Of a DNA stretch of 64,000 nucleotides, positions 51,790 to 64,000 are shown piece by piece. This DNA comes from Raillietiella orientalis. Taxonomy: Eukaryota. The first letter of the stretch is position 1; every line of letters starts with the position of its first letter. The notes below the pieces were generated by a model. The model searched no databases and was not told where the DNA came from. It saw only the letters and a program-made list of their open reading frames with translations. Location: positions 1,798,001 to 1,862,000 of the forward strand of contig JAYWIR010000035.1 in assembly GCA_036172245.1 (NCBI GenBank), given 5' to 3'. A program made the position numbers and the translations under genes.

Positions 51790-54700
51790 TGGCAAGAAGG
51801 TAGAGATGAGGCTGATCGCGCGCCGCACGCGGGAGTCGCCACCCAGAGAATGAGTAGGACCTCCAGAGATGGCGGGAGCGACGCCGCCACCGCCGCCATT
51901 GACCCTCACGCACGAGTGGTCGTCGCTCACCAGGTCTCTCGGCAGGTGATGACAATACTCCTCTTCTTCCTCCACCACCACCATTTCTTGTTTCCGAAAC
52001 CCAGAAGGGAAAGACGCCCTAGGAAACTGGGAGCGAACCCGAGCAGCGTGTGGGTCTGGAAGCTGCAGGAAGGCAAGGAGAGTCGCAGTGCTTCTCCCCT
52101 TAGGGGATTTATTCCCTAAGAGGGGGGGAGGGGAGATAAAAGGAGTCATTAAGGAAGGAAAGGGGAAATGGGTCGAGATCGGGCTGCGACCCTCCTCAGG
52201 CGTGCTCTGGCTGCCTGAGGTCACCCACATCTTCCCGGCCATGAGGAACCGCTCCGGTCCGGGAAAGCGCCTCCCAGGTCCGGTCCAGTCTGGACTCGGA
52301 GCAGAGAGGGGAAGGAGGAAGTCCAGGTGGATCGTTTCGGTTATTTGGCCCATTTTCCTCCTATACCTTCTTCCCCTCGTCTGTCGGAGGGCTACTGTTT
52401 CCGGAACGCTCTGGGGGAGCAGCGGGGAATATCGCTCTGCAGGAGCATGCTCTTAAGCGCGACCCCTAGTCGTGAGATGGTGGATTCGACCCTTGGGCAG
52501 AGCTGCGGAGGAAAAAAAAAGGAAAAGGGGGATGAGAAAAGGAAGAATAATTTTGCCCGCGGCGCTTTGAATCGCGACCGGGCGGTCACAGCACCTGTCC
52601 TGGCTGGCTGTGAGCCTCGGAGGAACTCGGGGGATGCCGTCCGGGTGAGTGGATCCTAGAGAGGCAGCCTTGAGAGCAGGGGGAGAGAGAGATGGGGGGG
52701 TGGCGTTTACAGGCAGACAGGGAATCGAGAACCCTTTGGGGACGGGGGAGAACTTGAACGCGTGGATTCCTTTCCCCCTTCCCCCTTCTGGCTACCTCAA
52801 CGCTCCTGGCAGCGTCGGAAGGCGAAAAGGAGAGGACAAGACTTGCGGGAGGAGTTCCCATAGGAAGAGTGGGAGGGGAGCTGAAGAAGAAGCGGGAGCG
52901 AGGACAATGGAAGATGCTGACCCCCCGCGTGCGCGCGGAGACACAGTCTCTCCAAAGGGAGTGAGGCGATAAAAGGGGAGCGAATGAATCATTCCGGAGA
53001 GGGAGGAGTGAGAGGACAAATCCGAGGACGGCACGGGGGGTGGTGATAAGCCAGGGTTAGGTCGACTTGGAGGTGCGGCGCAGGGCGAGCAGTTCACCCA
53101 CGGCCTCTCCTCCACATCCTTCCAATCCACCCCACCCTCCTTTCCACCCTGGAGGCGGCCATTCCTCGAGAACGGAGAGAGGCCACGGAAGGCAAAGGCA
53201 CAGAGGCAGCAGTGATCCTGGAGAAGAGCAGTGAATTTTGAGAAGAAGAATTTTGCCCCGGCGTGGACTGGCGGCAGGCCTCAGCGGGTTTGCTAATTGG
53301 TTCTGCCGCTGCTGGGGTGGCGGATGACCTTCGCGGCGCTGCTGCCCCGTGCGAGGTCAGCTGCGGGGCGAGCCGTCGCCACGTCCTGCTCTCCTCTTCT
53401 CGCTCGCGTCCCGCTCTTCGCCTGCGGGGTCTCTACGTCGCTCGCCGATGAGCGCCCGCTTCCGGGAAGATTCCCTCTTTTCTACCGTACCCTCTACCCG
53501 TTGCCCTCCCCTTCCTTCCTGATCCCTGGAGGCGCGCCGAATCGCACCCTGCGTGAAGGTACGGTCTCTGGTTCGACCTACCTTCGGGGAGGAGACTCCC
53601 AGGACTGCGACCTCTCCATTCCCGGACGTGCTGGACGTGGAAAAACTCCACCCTGTTTCTTTCTCGGTGATGAAAAAGTTGCAGAAGCTGGCAACGGTCC
53701 TGAAAAAAGGACAGTTCAGGGGAAGGAGGACGTGGAAATTTCCCGCCACCGCCTCAAGAACGCTAGCACTTCCCTGCATGGCAAAGAAACCCGTCTCCCC
53801 TTCGGAAAGGGAAAAAGAAAAACCGAAGCAGCAGCGCTGTGCCGCTGACCGGGGGCCACCATCGTCGCAGCGGATCACTGGGTTTTCCTCCACCAACATC
53901 GTAGTCGACTTCCTCCTCCTCCTCATCTCCCTACAGCAGCCATCCTACAGGATCCTGCCTTAATCCTGCATCACTTCCACGTTGAACGAGGTGTGGATGA
54001 GAGGAATCCCGGATCGCCACACCCTCCTTCCTCATACCCCCTTTCGAGGAACCGGGAACCTCCCCTCTTCTCAAGGGAGCTGCTTCTGACGGCTCAAGAG
54101 CTCAGCCGCCTTAGGCCGTCTTTCTCTCGTTGGCTGGTCAGGAGCACGCGACTTTGCTACTTTGTCCGTAGCCTGCGGTGCCCCAGGACTCCTCTGTCCT
54201 TCCCTACGCCTAAAGCTTCTTCCTTGGTTCCTTTCGCTAGGCCGTCTCTCCGAAAACCGCTGACGGCGCTCCTCTTTACTTTCGGCCAGCAGTCCGACGG
54301 ACGGGGCACACTTGCGCTCATTCCGCATCCGGACCAACCTTAGGATGCTGCCATCCCCTACCCTCCTGTCGACAGCTGGGACTGCCGAGGGGGACGCGCG
54401 CGGGCGGACGTCGGAGAAAACCCACAGCCTTCAGAGGCAATTCGAGAACACCGCAGGAAGCGACCCGAACGGATGCCGGCTGCGGGTGCCGAGCAAAGAT
54501 GAGAAGGGCGAGTCCTCTCCGGACGCGGATGCTGAGTTCTCCCACAGACGTCGGAAGACTGCTAACGCATACCCTGGGGGAGTGCAGCGACCAGGTGACC
54601 TCTCTTGCTACCGCAACTGGCTCAAGATGAGCAAAGAAACTCTGGGCTGCGGGTTGTGGCCGATCACTTCCCAGGTCGGCTATAGGGGTCAGGTCGCCGA

Positions 54701-56599
54701 ATGACCCGATGTTGGAGCGAATTAGGGAAATTGACTGCCCCTCCAGCAGCAACTCCATCCCTGGCAGGCGCATGCGGGGTCGGACGATCTCTCGGGTGAG
54801 CTCCGCGGAAAGTTCCCGGTGTCTTACCGCAAGGAAGGAAGCGGAAGACGAGAAAATCAGGAAGCCGCACCGAGGGACACTCCCAGGAATGCGCTCTCAG
54901 GAGCGCAGAAATTCCCATTCTAGAGAACACGGGAGCGAGAACCCAACAAGTGACCTGATCCCTTGATCGCCTAGCAAGTGACTCCTGCTTTCGGTGCAAC
55001 CTTCCTGACCTCGCGGACTTACCATCACCAAGGCTTAAGAAGCATTGGAAACACGGGGAAGCTGCTGCCCTGGGAAGAAAAGTCCCATCCCAGTGCGCAG
55101 CAGGGATGCAACCTTTCCGACACTCCCTATAATAGCGGCACATCCCTCTAGACTTCACCCCCACGCTCCCAGGATAGCAGTCATGTTCCTCCCTCTTAGT
55201 CCTTCTGCGCTCCAGCTGCATGACAGACTCACCCTCTTCCTGGGTTTACAGCAAGTCGATAGCCATGATCCCTCCCCCCTGTGAGGAGGGCTTGTATAAA
55301 GAAGGCAGTTCCTTCCCACCCTTGGCACTGCTACGTCGGTCCCAAAGGAAGCGACCACCCATATCTTCTGACGCGGACTACTTGAAAAGCAAGCAGAGCC
55401 GGGAAGAAGAACGGCTGAAAATGGGCGTCCCACCGCAAAGGACAGATCCAGCGTCCTAGGAGATGCAGCGCGAAATCGCCTCTCCGGGGCGTTTCTCTAG
55501 TCGGAGCGGAACTCTCCCGCGGCTGGACCTCGAAAGGGCAACTACCTTTCTTCTGCAGATCCGCTCGCGCCGCCTGTCCTCCCTAAAGAGACGTCACCGA
55601 TCGAGTGTTCGAAGCGACCAAGAAGAACCTTTCAGCTGACCTTACGAGGTCCCGCAGCACTCCTCTCTGGGAGCTTGACCGAAGCATCTCCTTCCTCCCA
55701 GGTTCGCCGAACACGGGGAAGCGAGCCACGAGGACGCGAACCCTCGTTTCCTAGGCGACGGGCGCGCCGCCCTGCGATCCCGAGAGGACGTCTCTGCCAC
55801 CTCCGCCACCAACGAGGAAGTGCGCCCACGGATGAACGGACGAGCATCGTCTCTCTTCCCCGGATTCAAGTGAACCCTGGTAACGAGCGCAGTCTCCCTC
55901 TAGCTACCACTGAGCCCTTGTTATTTATTCTTATTCTCGGGTCCTCGTGGTCACGCTTTTATCTTCTTGGCTACTCCGAAAAATACTACATCTTCGAGAA
56001 TAATTATCCGCCTTGGGCTGACAGATGCTCTCAAGGAAGGATGGGGACCTCATGCCGGCGGAGACGTCGGGTGCACACCTCCTTAGGTAGTCATAGAGAT
56101 GCCCACGCGCCTCCGGGAAAGCAGCGGCGGCGGAGGAGGGGCAGGAATCTCTGTCCTCCCTTCTCCTCCCCGCCTGCATGGAGAGGTGTGGCGCGAGCTG
56201 AAAGAATCCGCGATGCTCCCCTCCCCCCTCTCATCCTCCCCCGCTCTTCACCTTTGTTGGGTCTCCATGTCAGCGGCGGGTTGGGTGTCTTTCTGGCCGC
56301 CGCGCTCTCACGTGGCGGTTGCGCGGGGTTTGGCGCTTTTCCGCTAGGGTTGCGGGCGGTCCTGCCCGCTGCTGACCTCACGCACAACCCTCTCTCACGC
56401 CGGGGCAGCGCCTCAAACAGGAAGACCCCCCGCAAGGGCGCAGTGCCCCTTTTCGCACAAGCGCGGACTGTCGCATTCAGATGCACCGACGGCAGAGCTG
56501 TCGACCCACCCTTCGGTGCCTTCATTTCCTCTTGCCCGTGGCTTCAAGTGGCCCGCATCCCGCAGTCCGGGGAGGACTCCGCCCTGATATAGTTCCGAC

Positions 56600-59500
56600 A
56601 GACCATCAGGACTCCTGGAGGATGGGTGGCGAAACATCATCATGGTCACATCCTCCCCATCCCTCTACATCTCCTCCGCACTGTTCCAGGACTCATTGAG
56701 CCCAGGTGAAGGTACGGGGAGATGGAAGGGAAGGCGCTCAGATGCCAACAAAGCAAGTGGGAGATCAAGCGAGGTGCGAGACCACCGGAGGTCTTGGGAA
56801 AGCGGCAGAGTTATCTGGGCCCTCTTGTAGAAGAATGCTGAGCCGGGAAAAAGCGGGTCTCCCCCACAACAATGCGTCATTCAATGGCTTACGCTGGACT
56901 CCAGATGCAGATTTCCGTGTCATGCTCCAGAGGGAAGGTGAGAGTCAGATGAGAGGGAATCCAGTAGAATGCCATCAAAGCCTTGGCAACCATAGAGACC
57001 TCCTTGAGCTCCTGAAGGGCGGCGTGTATAATGATGATCTTAGTTCCACGAAAGAAGGAAGATTTACCAATCGAGACTGCTGTTGTTTCGAGCGAGACGG
57101 GATGGACGAAGATGTCTGCTTTTCTCATTCGACTCCAGAAGCCGCGTATATAGATGGGTGAGCTGCATCCACTCTTCTACACCACAGAGTCCCTTGACGA
57201 GAGAACCGCCGTTTTCGCAACGGTCTCTTATCTGACTGCGGTTAGATGATGATGACTTTCTTGAGACGTCTCCTTGGCCAGATCGATGGTTCCCAATCCT
57301 CGCACTGCTTCCCGACCAGTGCACCCGACGCATCCTCTCCGACCTGCATGCAGCTCTGGTCCGTATCCAGGGAAGCGGACTGGGATGCCGCAAGGCGCCT
57401 CTCTCGTTGAGGAGAAGCTTCTCGCAGACTCTTGGGGGGGCGGAACGAAGTCGTCCTGCGCAGACAGTTCCTATCCCATCCCACTTTACAAGAGAGGATG
57501 GTCAGGACATCGCTCCTTTTCGCAGCTCTCCCGACGATCCAGACCTCATTCTCCGAGAACCGGAAGCTGCCTCGCGTTTATTCCTCGGGAGAGGCTAAAG
57601 ACATGTGGCTCCTCGCTTCCTTGGGGATTTCCTTTGCGCGTGACTTCCCGAACTTCCCTCAGCGGCATCTCGGGAAGGTTAGCAGAACTCCTGGCACCTC
57701 GCATCCCTGAAGAACACTATCGATGCGAGCTGCAAAATTCCCGCACCTCAAAACTTCAGGGTCATCAGCGCGCAGATGCAAACACCTCCAGACTTTCGGT
57801 TCATCCCTCGCGAGCATGGAGGAAATTCCCCTCGTCTGCTTCCGCGTCTTCTTGCCTGTAGCAGCAGCAGCTTTTCACGTCTTATCGAACACGTCGCAAA
57901 CAGGAAGGATTCAAAGATCCTTCTCCCAGGGTGGAATGTGCTGGGGACACTCAAGAAGGGGATTCGATGGTTAGGATGGAGAATGCGCGGCTGGGGAACA
58001 ACCAGGTCGGATGGTTCCGCCTTCGCACCCGGCCGAGCAATCTCTGGAACAGCACGGACACGCTCCCTGGAGGGGATCCACAGCCACTGCCTCCAGCCAT
58101 TTCGCTTGACGATTCACAAAGCAGCAGCTGCAGCAGTAGCATGAGAGAGCGGACTGACAAAGAAGAGGAGCAGGAAGACGCAGTCAAGGCAGCGGATGGG
58201 GAGCGTAGAATCGAAAGGTAGCGTTGTAGAGAGAATGCCGAGAGATTGCTTTCTGGAAGGACAGAGGTACGAAGGATTTCAAGGAACCACGCGCGAAGGG
58301 GGAGCTCGCAAAGCTGAGGGAGTGGATTTAGCCCCGAACTGGAAGAAGTGGCATGAATTCACCGGAGGATGCCACATTTCTCAGCCGCCGCAATCCACTC
58401 CATCTCTGGATGCAAGGAGGCAGCTAGAACTCATCAACCTTCCTGGTTTTTCTTTCTTCTGCCACTTTTTCTGCTGCTTTTCCTGTGCTGCAAAGAACGC
58501 AGATCCGGCAGTTCCGCTGTTTTCCGGTGCACAATTGACCGCTGGAACTATTTGGAGCTGACCATTGGTGGCCAGTCCACAGCTTCAGTCACATCAGACA
58601 AGAGCGTGCTCCCAGTTGATGGCGGATCCATGGACCCCGTGGTCGCTAATGGACAATGTCTTCTCCTGCGTGCTCTAAGGTGAACCCAGAGAACACTGAG
58701 TAAGAGCAAATCCGTCCGCCTTTCTCATCTTCCTCTTCTGCTACCATGGACGTTCTGACCTTCCGGGGGCGCGAAACGGGGCTGTGGAGGAAACGCCGCT
58801 GAGCATCCGAGGCTTTTCAGCAAGCACCTACGATTCCCATTCCCTGCTCAGAGGAAGACACTCCGAGAACCCCTGTGACGTAAAACAGAGAGAGGAGCAA
58901 CATCCTTCTTGATAATCAAGAAGAAAAAATGGGCTGGTCGCTGGAAGGCTATTGGTTCGTGCCATCTCCTGCAGACGAAGCGGGGAACCGGTCGTAACAT
59001 CTAGTATGCTACTACCACCGTATCCCGTTCCCAAGGCACTGCAAACCATCCTGCCTTCTCATCTGGGAAACGCCGGCAGGTGGCTCCTCGCCGTTCTTGG
59101 AGAGCAAATGCAACCGGATGACGGAGAAGCAACCTCTGGCGTGCCTCCGCCCACACCCTTGGAAGGCTTGTTGAGTCGGGTAGCAACCCTCGCGCTGAAG
59201 ACTGGGTGGACTCCAACTTGCTCCCAGAAACAGGCTACCAGGGAGAAGATCGCACTTCTGTCGCACAGAGGACCCTGCATTCACCCAACCCACCCCCATG
59301 CTGTGCCTTTGAAGATGAGTCCAACCGCACAAGAACACACTAGAGGGGGGGTCCTCTCGCCTCACGCGGGTAGACGAGCAGACCCGTGTTTTGCTGCGCT
59401 GATGTGGCAACGTATTTCATTCTCACGTTCTGCAAGAGCGGAAGGTCGGCTTTCTGATTACCCTCCGTGACCTCAAGAGACGTTACAAGGAGCGTGTTCA

Positions 59501-59874
59501 GGTTACAACCACGGTGGAAGATAGATGGCAGCTGGTTCTTTAAACTTCCTTTGTTTTTTGTTTTCTCTCTCTCTTTTGGCTTCGTTCACGTGAATGAAGA
59601 AAAGAGATGGAATTTTCCTCGAAGAAGAATGTCATCAGCTGCTATTATCTCTTTGGCAGCAATCCAGCGGGGATGTGCGTTTTCGCCCCACAGAAAGGGA
59701 AACCGCTTTGCAGAATCCCTCGTAAATAAACAGATCTCACCGGAACGAATCCGAACTGAAGTCCGAATTCAAAAAATGGAGTCACCGGAACAAGACGTGG
59801 GATTCAGCCCTTACCATCCGGTCGATGGTGACACGAAAATTCCCTACTCCTCCTGCGCCATCTTTGGTGATTAA
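56600..59874 (+). mobile_element. Highly decayed Ty3/Gypsy-like pol remnant (RT - connection - RNase H - integrase order)
   Basis: Collinear motif ghosts across several frames. RT: TPDADFRVM ... HQSLGNHRDLL ... VYNDDL (YxDD-like at 57027-57038). Connection: RQFL...ERMVRTSLLFAALPT (about 57460). RNase H: TIDRWNYL...GQSTASVTSDKSVL (about 58530-58610). IN Zn region: VPKALQTILPSHLG (about 59030). IN core: ISPERIRTE...FSPYHPVDG (about 59730-59830). No LTRs found. Comparison by eye only. Confidence 0.5.
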
Positions 59875-62800
59875 AAATAGGCATTCTGCTTAATTTTATT
59901 AACTTTGTGGGATTGATTTATTTCGCTTTTCTTTTTTTTTTTTTTAATCTTTTTTTCCTCTGCCTCTTGAAAGCTTCGGTTTTCGGAGAAATGTCTCCCC
60001 AGTTTTCAGATTTAATATCCTCTGACTTTGAGGCGGATTCTCCATCAATTTTTCCTCATAAATCCCTCTCGGCAGAAAACAGAATCAAATTTATATGCCT
60101 CTTCTGCCACTCTCATGACAACGCGAGGTCGAAACTTTATGAGTTCCTTCCACCATCCCTGAAACCTTCCAGAGTTGAACCACCGTTCTTATTGGGCGGG
60201 GAAGAATCGCGTTTTATGAAAATGTTAAGAAGATAATCAGTTCTCAGGGAGGACGCCGCCCGTCCGACAGAGGGGTGGCAACGAATGGTAGTCAAGATCA
60301 CTGCTCGTCAAACTGGGTCCATTTCAAGAGCTCTCTGATCTCGTCCCGCCACAAGCTGCTGCCATCCTTGCCATTTCGTCTGGTGCTTTGCTGAAACAAA
60401 GAATCTCCGGAGAAAGCCACGAAGGTCTCTGCAGCCTGTTCGGCTGCGTAGGTCGGTCTGTTCTGCCGTTCCGCATCTCGTTGTTCCCAATCGATGATCG
60501 AAAGAACTTGTGTGACCCGTAAGCTGGCAGATCCGATAGGGCCCGGCGTTGAGATCTTCCTGAAGAGATCACTGCCAGCACCAGCGTTCTCGGATTCCGC
60601 CTGGAACACCTCGGCGAATGCCTCGGCCCTCATCGACATCTGCAAACTCGAAAATCTCGTCGTCACTGACCGGTGCGCGCTCGGCACCGCACGATAGCCT
60701 TCTGCGGCCGATAAATCTCGAAGGCGTCTGTAATTTTGCAAGTACGTGGCCGTAACGTAGGCAACAGAGTAATGCGATGAAGGCAATGATGGCAATGTAA
60801 ATAACGTGTCAGGGAACACGAATGACACAACAATGCAAATGGTGCAAATGCTCGCGGAGGTACGAAGCGCTATTAGGTGGGACGAAGTAAAAGAAAAAAA
60901 ATAAGCAGAGATGGAGGTAATGTCATCATCAGAACACATCTCCGGGGCAGAGATCAACACGAGAACGATTACGAGCGCCAAGTCACTCACGAATCGCTCA
61001 GCCGACTCTCCCCAAAATTTCAATCACCTCTTCGCGCCATTCTCCAAGCTTCCCTCTTTAATTGAATGAACATTCTTCATCTCGTTTGGTGAATTCACCA
61101 CTGCACTTTTTTTTCTTCTCTTTTTTGTGTTTAGTGTAGAAGATCATGACGCCGGTCCACGGGTTGTTGAGCAAGCAAATGTGCTTCCATCCGGATGGAT
61201 GAAAGTGTTCTTTAGCAAGCACCGATCTCTGGGCAGTGGAGAAGGTTCCACAGACCACAAGCTGCTCAAGATGCAGACTCTTAAGACATCACAAGAGAAA
61301 AAAAAAAAAGTTGAGGAAAGAGGAACGAAACTCTTGAGGATCTTTCCCATTTTCAGGAGGGCGTTACGGGATCGGGGAAGATCGTTACGACGTGGGTACC
61401 TATGTGCAGGCGCCGTCAGATTCGTTTCTGAGGCTGGGAAACTTCCCGTCTGGTCCAAGCTGAAAAGTCCATAACACTGCCGGTCACCTTCCATTACTTT
61501 CTTTCCCAAGTCGCATCCTTCGGAAGAGATCCTTTTCCTTCTTCTTCTTGGAGGCTTTTTTCTCTCCCTCACTTTTCGAAGCAATTAACCACAGCGTCCT
61601 TAAATCCAGAAAAGGATTCGACAATCGATTGGTCAACAATCGGAAGGCGAAGAGAGCAACTTCTAACAATCGCCTCGTGCCGTCTCCGGAGAGACGGATC
61701 GCTGCCAACCCCGAAAGAGGTGCTGCATCACAGAAAGACTTGAAGAAGAAAAATAAGACAGCTCAGAGTGCAGTAGTGGATGAGTTCGTTGCTCAGGACA
61801 TCATAGGATTTACTGCTGTGTGGATGGCGGAGCTGCAAGGGGAAAACGGGAAAAGAGATTCCAGCTTCGTTGAGAGGAACCCGGTGGATGAAAGAGATTC
61901 TAGCTGTGCTCGGAAAAGAGCTCTCCTCCTCTCTTTGAGGACATCGTTCAACTCCTGGGGGATTTCCGTAGCAGCAAGTCGCTTAGCAGAATTGGGATGA
62001 CCTTCCTGCCTTTGAGCAATCCCAGTGCAGCCTTTCGTGCAGGAGGTGCAACAGGAAGGAATGTTTGTCGCCTTTGGACTGCTGTCAAAGACAGCTTCCT
62101 GGAAAAGAACTCTGGCTTTTCGAAAGAAGTGGCCGTGCTCCGGACAATACGTCGCCTTCCGGTGTACAGGGATATTCTGTTCGATCTCAGGATCGGGTCA
62201 TGCGCAGGAATTTTTTGACATGCTGATGTCAGCTCCACCGCGTTCACGCTTCCTTTCTGGAACTTCGGTTTGAAATTCATTGCGCAACGCCGAATGGAAA
62301 GAGGAAGTCCTGCATGCTACCACCACCACGCGTGTGGAGATGGACGCCTCCCGTGGCAAGGCTGGGAAAACCATTGTCAACCAGAGCTCATATTGTCAAA
62401 GATGCGAGAGGCGTCATTTAAGAGATGCGAACCAATGCGGCGCTAAAAACTTCCTCGAGTAACCTCCTGCTCATCTCCTTCACAGCCGCTGCTGGACCTT
62501 ATTGTTTTGAACAATGCACAATAGGGTGCCATGACAGCAGGGAAGAGTGAAGGGACTACAAAGGATCCCTCCCCATTCTTTCCTTTCCTGCGTCTCCACA
62601 GCGAGGAAAGCCGGAGGAGTTCGCACGGTCCACCAGGAGTTATGGGATGCTGAATCTTCCCTCGAAGGAAGCTGACGCAGCATCTGACCGTGTCTCTATA
62701 GGAGACCGATCAGGATACCAAGTGTCTGGCAGGCACTACACGCACTTCCACGCCGCACTTTGCCAGGTCATGAATGCCTTTGTCCGTCCCAAACCTCCAG

Positions 62801-64000
62801 CAACACGTCACAGGGCTGCGCTCGACCACGTGTCTTCTGCGGACGCAATCGCTCAGTGCAGGAGGGTTCCTCTTACTACCTCCAAGAGGCTATTCCATGC
62901 GCAGAAGTTTTCGGTTAGTAAAGAACACGACGTTCCTTTGTATCACAACGGCAGTAGCATCCTCCTCTCTCCAGTTTCTTCTGCTACTTTCTCCTCTTCC
63001 TTTATCCTTCTTTTGTTTTCTCTGGTCCCCGATCTCCAGTCTTTTTTTTAAAAGGGGAGACGCACAGCTCCTGGTCTTCCTGCATCGCAAAGATTACAGG
63101 CTCCTCCGTCGCTCCACACGTGTGCTGGAGTCTTGCAGTTCTCTCCTAAAAATCGTATGTCAAGGATCCTCTTCGACTACCAGCACAGCCAGATAATCCT
63201 TTTTTCTCTTCCTCCTCTTCATCGTCATCCTCCTTCTTCCTCCCCTCCACTCCTGCTCCTGTCTTTTTTATACTGCCTTCTTCCTCCATTCCCCTCCTCT
63301 TACTGGTTCCTTCTTCACAGCTCTCCCTTTCACCTTCTTCCTCTCTTCGCAAGCCTCTTCTCTCCCTCTGTCTTCCTCCTCCTTTCTTGTTATCCTCGTT
63401 CGGCCTGGAAGGTGACCTCTAAGCAGATGACTTGCTTTCTTCAGTCTTTAATCTTCTTCATCCAAAGAAACAGCACTTCTCCCGTTCACAGACAAGCATG
63501 CCTCCAGAGCTATCTACCAGGACCAGATGGGACCGACAGAACACCAAGGGAGAAAAGCAGGTCTGTCCGGCGAAGTCCCACAATGCCCCTGACCACTCTG
63601 CGCCTTTCCTACAGGCCGCAAACGAACCAAACGACCCGTTTCCCATCCTCAGAGAAAGCAGATCTTTGAGTGCATCCGCACCGGCAGTGCCGCACCAGCG
63701 ACGACATACCATTTTCCACGTCCATCATGCGCGAGAACAGGACCGCAGAACACGAGGGTTTACCTTGTCTTGAGCTGCTGCAGCTGCGCGCACGCGCATT
63801 GGGGCGGTGGGAAACAGCAGGGCAGGAGGAACCTTTGGCGCGCCGGTAAACGCTCGGCGCTGGAGGCAGCGAATCCTGTCGGCGCCGCCGTCTTCGCCAC
63901 GTTTCCCCAGCACGGCGCCGAAACAGAAGGCCGCGTCGCGGAAGAGCGTGCGGTTAGTGGAGAATCCACCCATGGGCGTAGAGAGAGTTCAGAAGTGGAT

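Noticed and set aside
51426..51899. Tyrosine-recombinase-like reading (LFPTS..PLS...HARR) of repeat copy B
   Set aside because: HxxR is absent from copy A, and there is no catalytic Tyr region or upstream Arg box.
60298..61023. 241-aa minus-strand ORF with RSVTTRFSS, faintly like the hAT transposase TRWNS motif
   Set aside because: Single short motif, with no other hAT features and no terminal inverted repeats.
61852..61905. Short direct repeat AAAGAGATT(C)(C/T)AGCT 39 nt apart
   Set aside because: Only two 15-nt copies and no array.
1..64000. CRISPR array, operon, rRNA or prokaryotic defence system
   Set aside because: I saw no regularly spaced repeats, no dense same-strand ORFs with protein-like composition, and no rRNA signature.

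Overview
The window looks eukaryotic (probably metazoan or arthropod-like) and is mostly non-coding. It is GC-rich at about 1-12 kb and 26-59 kb and more AT-rich, with many homopolymers and microsatellites, at about 12-24 kb. Nearly all ORFs in the six-frame track are Arg/Pro/Gly/Ser-rich chance ORFs. The one well-supported gene is a two-exon, phase-consistent CDS (30935-31136 + 31319-31920, + strand). It encodes a 267-aa single-pass membrane protein with an ITAM/ITIM-like tyrosine tail and a C-terminal -YV. By eye I also see very decayed, collinear motif remnants: Ty3/Gypsy pol (about 40.4-41.3, 42.7-43.1, 51.1-51.6 and 56.6-59.9 kb), a LINE RT (7.6-8.1 kb), a Ser/Thr kinase (20.25-21.05 kb) and an ABC Walker-B-like motif (19.0 kb). 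The last two flank a sharp GC-skew switch at about 20.0 kb. Other structure includes a tRNA-derived element, a 150-bp dispersed repeat pair and several fold-back hairpins. I found no prokaryotic genes, operons, rRNA or CRISPR array, and no convincing novel multi-gene system. All motif comparisons are by eye against remembered consensus sequences, not database hits. The uniform motif-ghost character of the remnants means a synthetic or chimeric origin should be excluded first.
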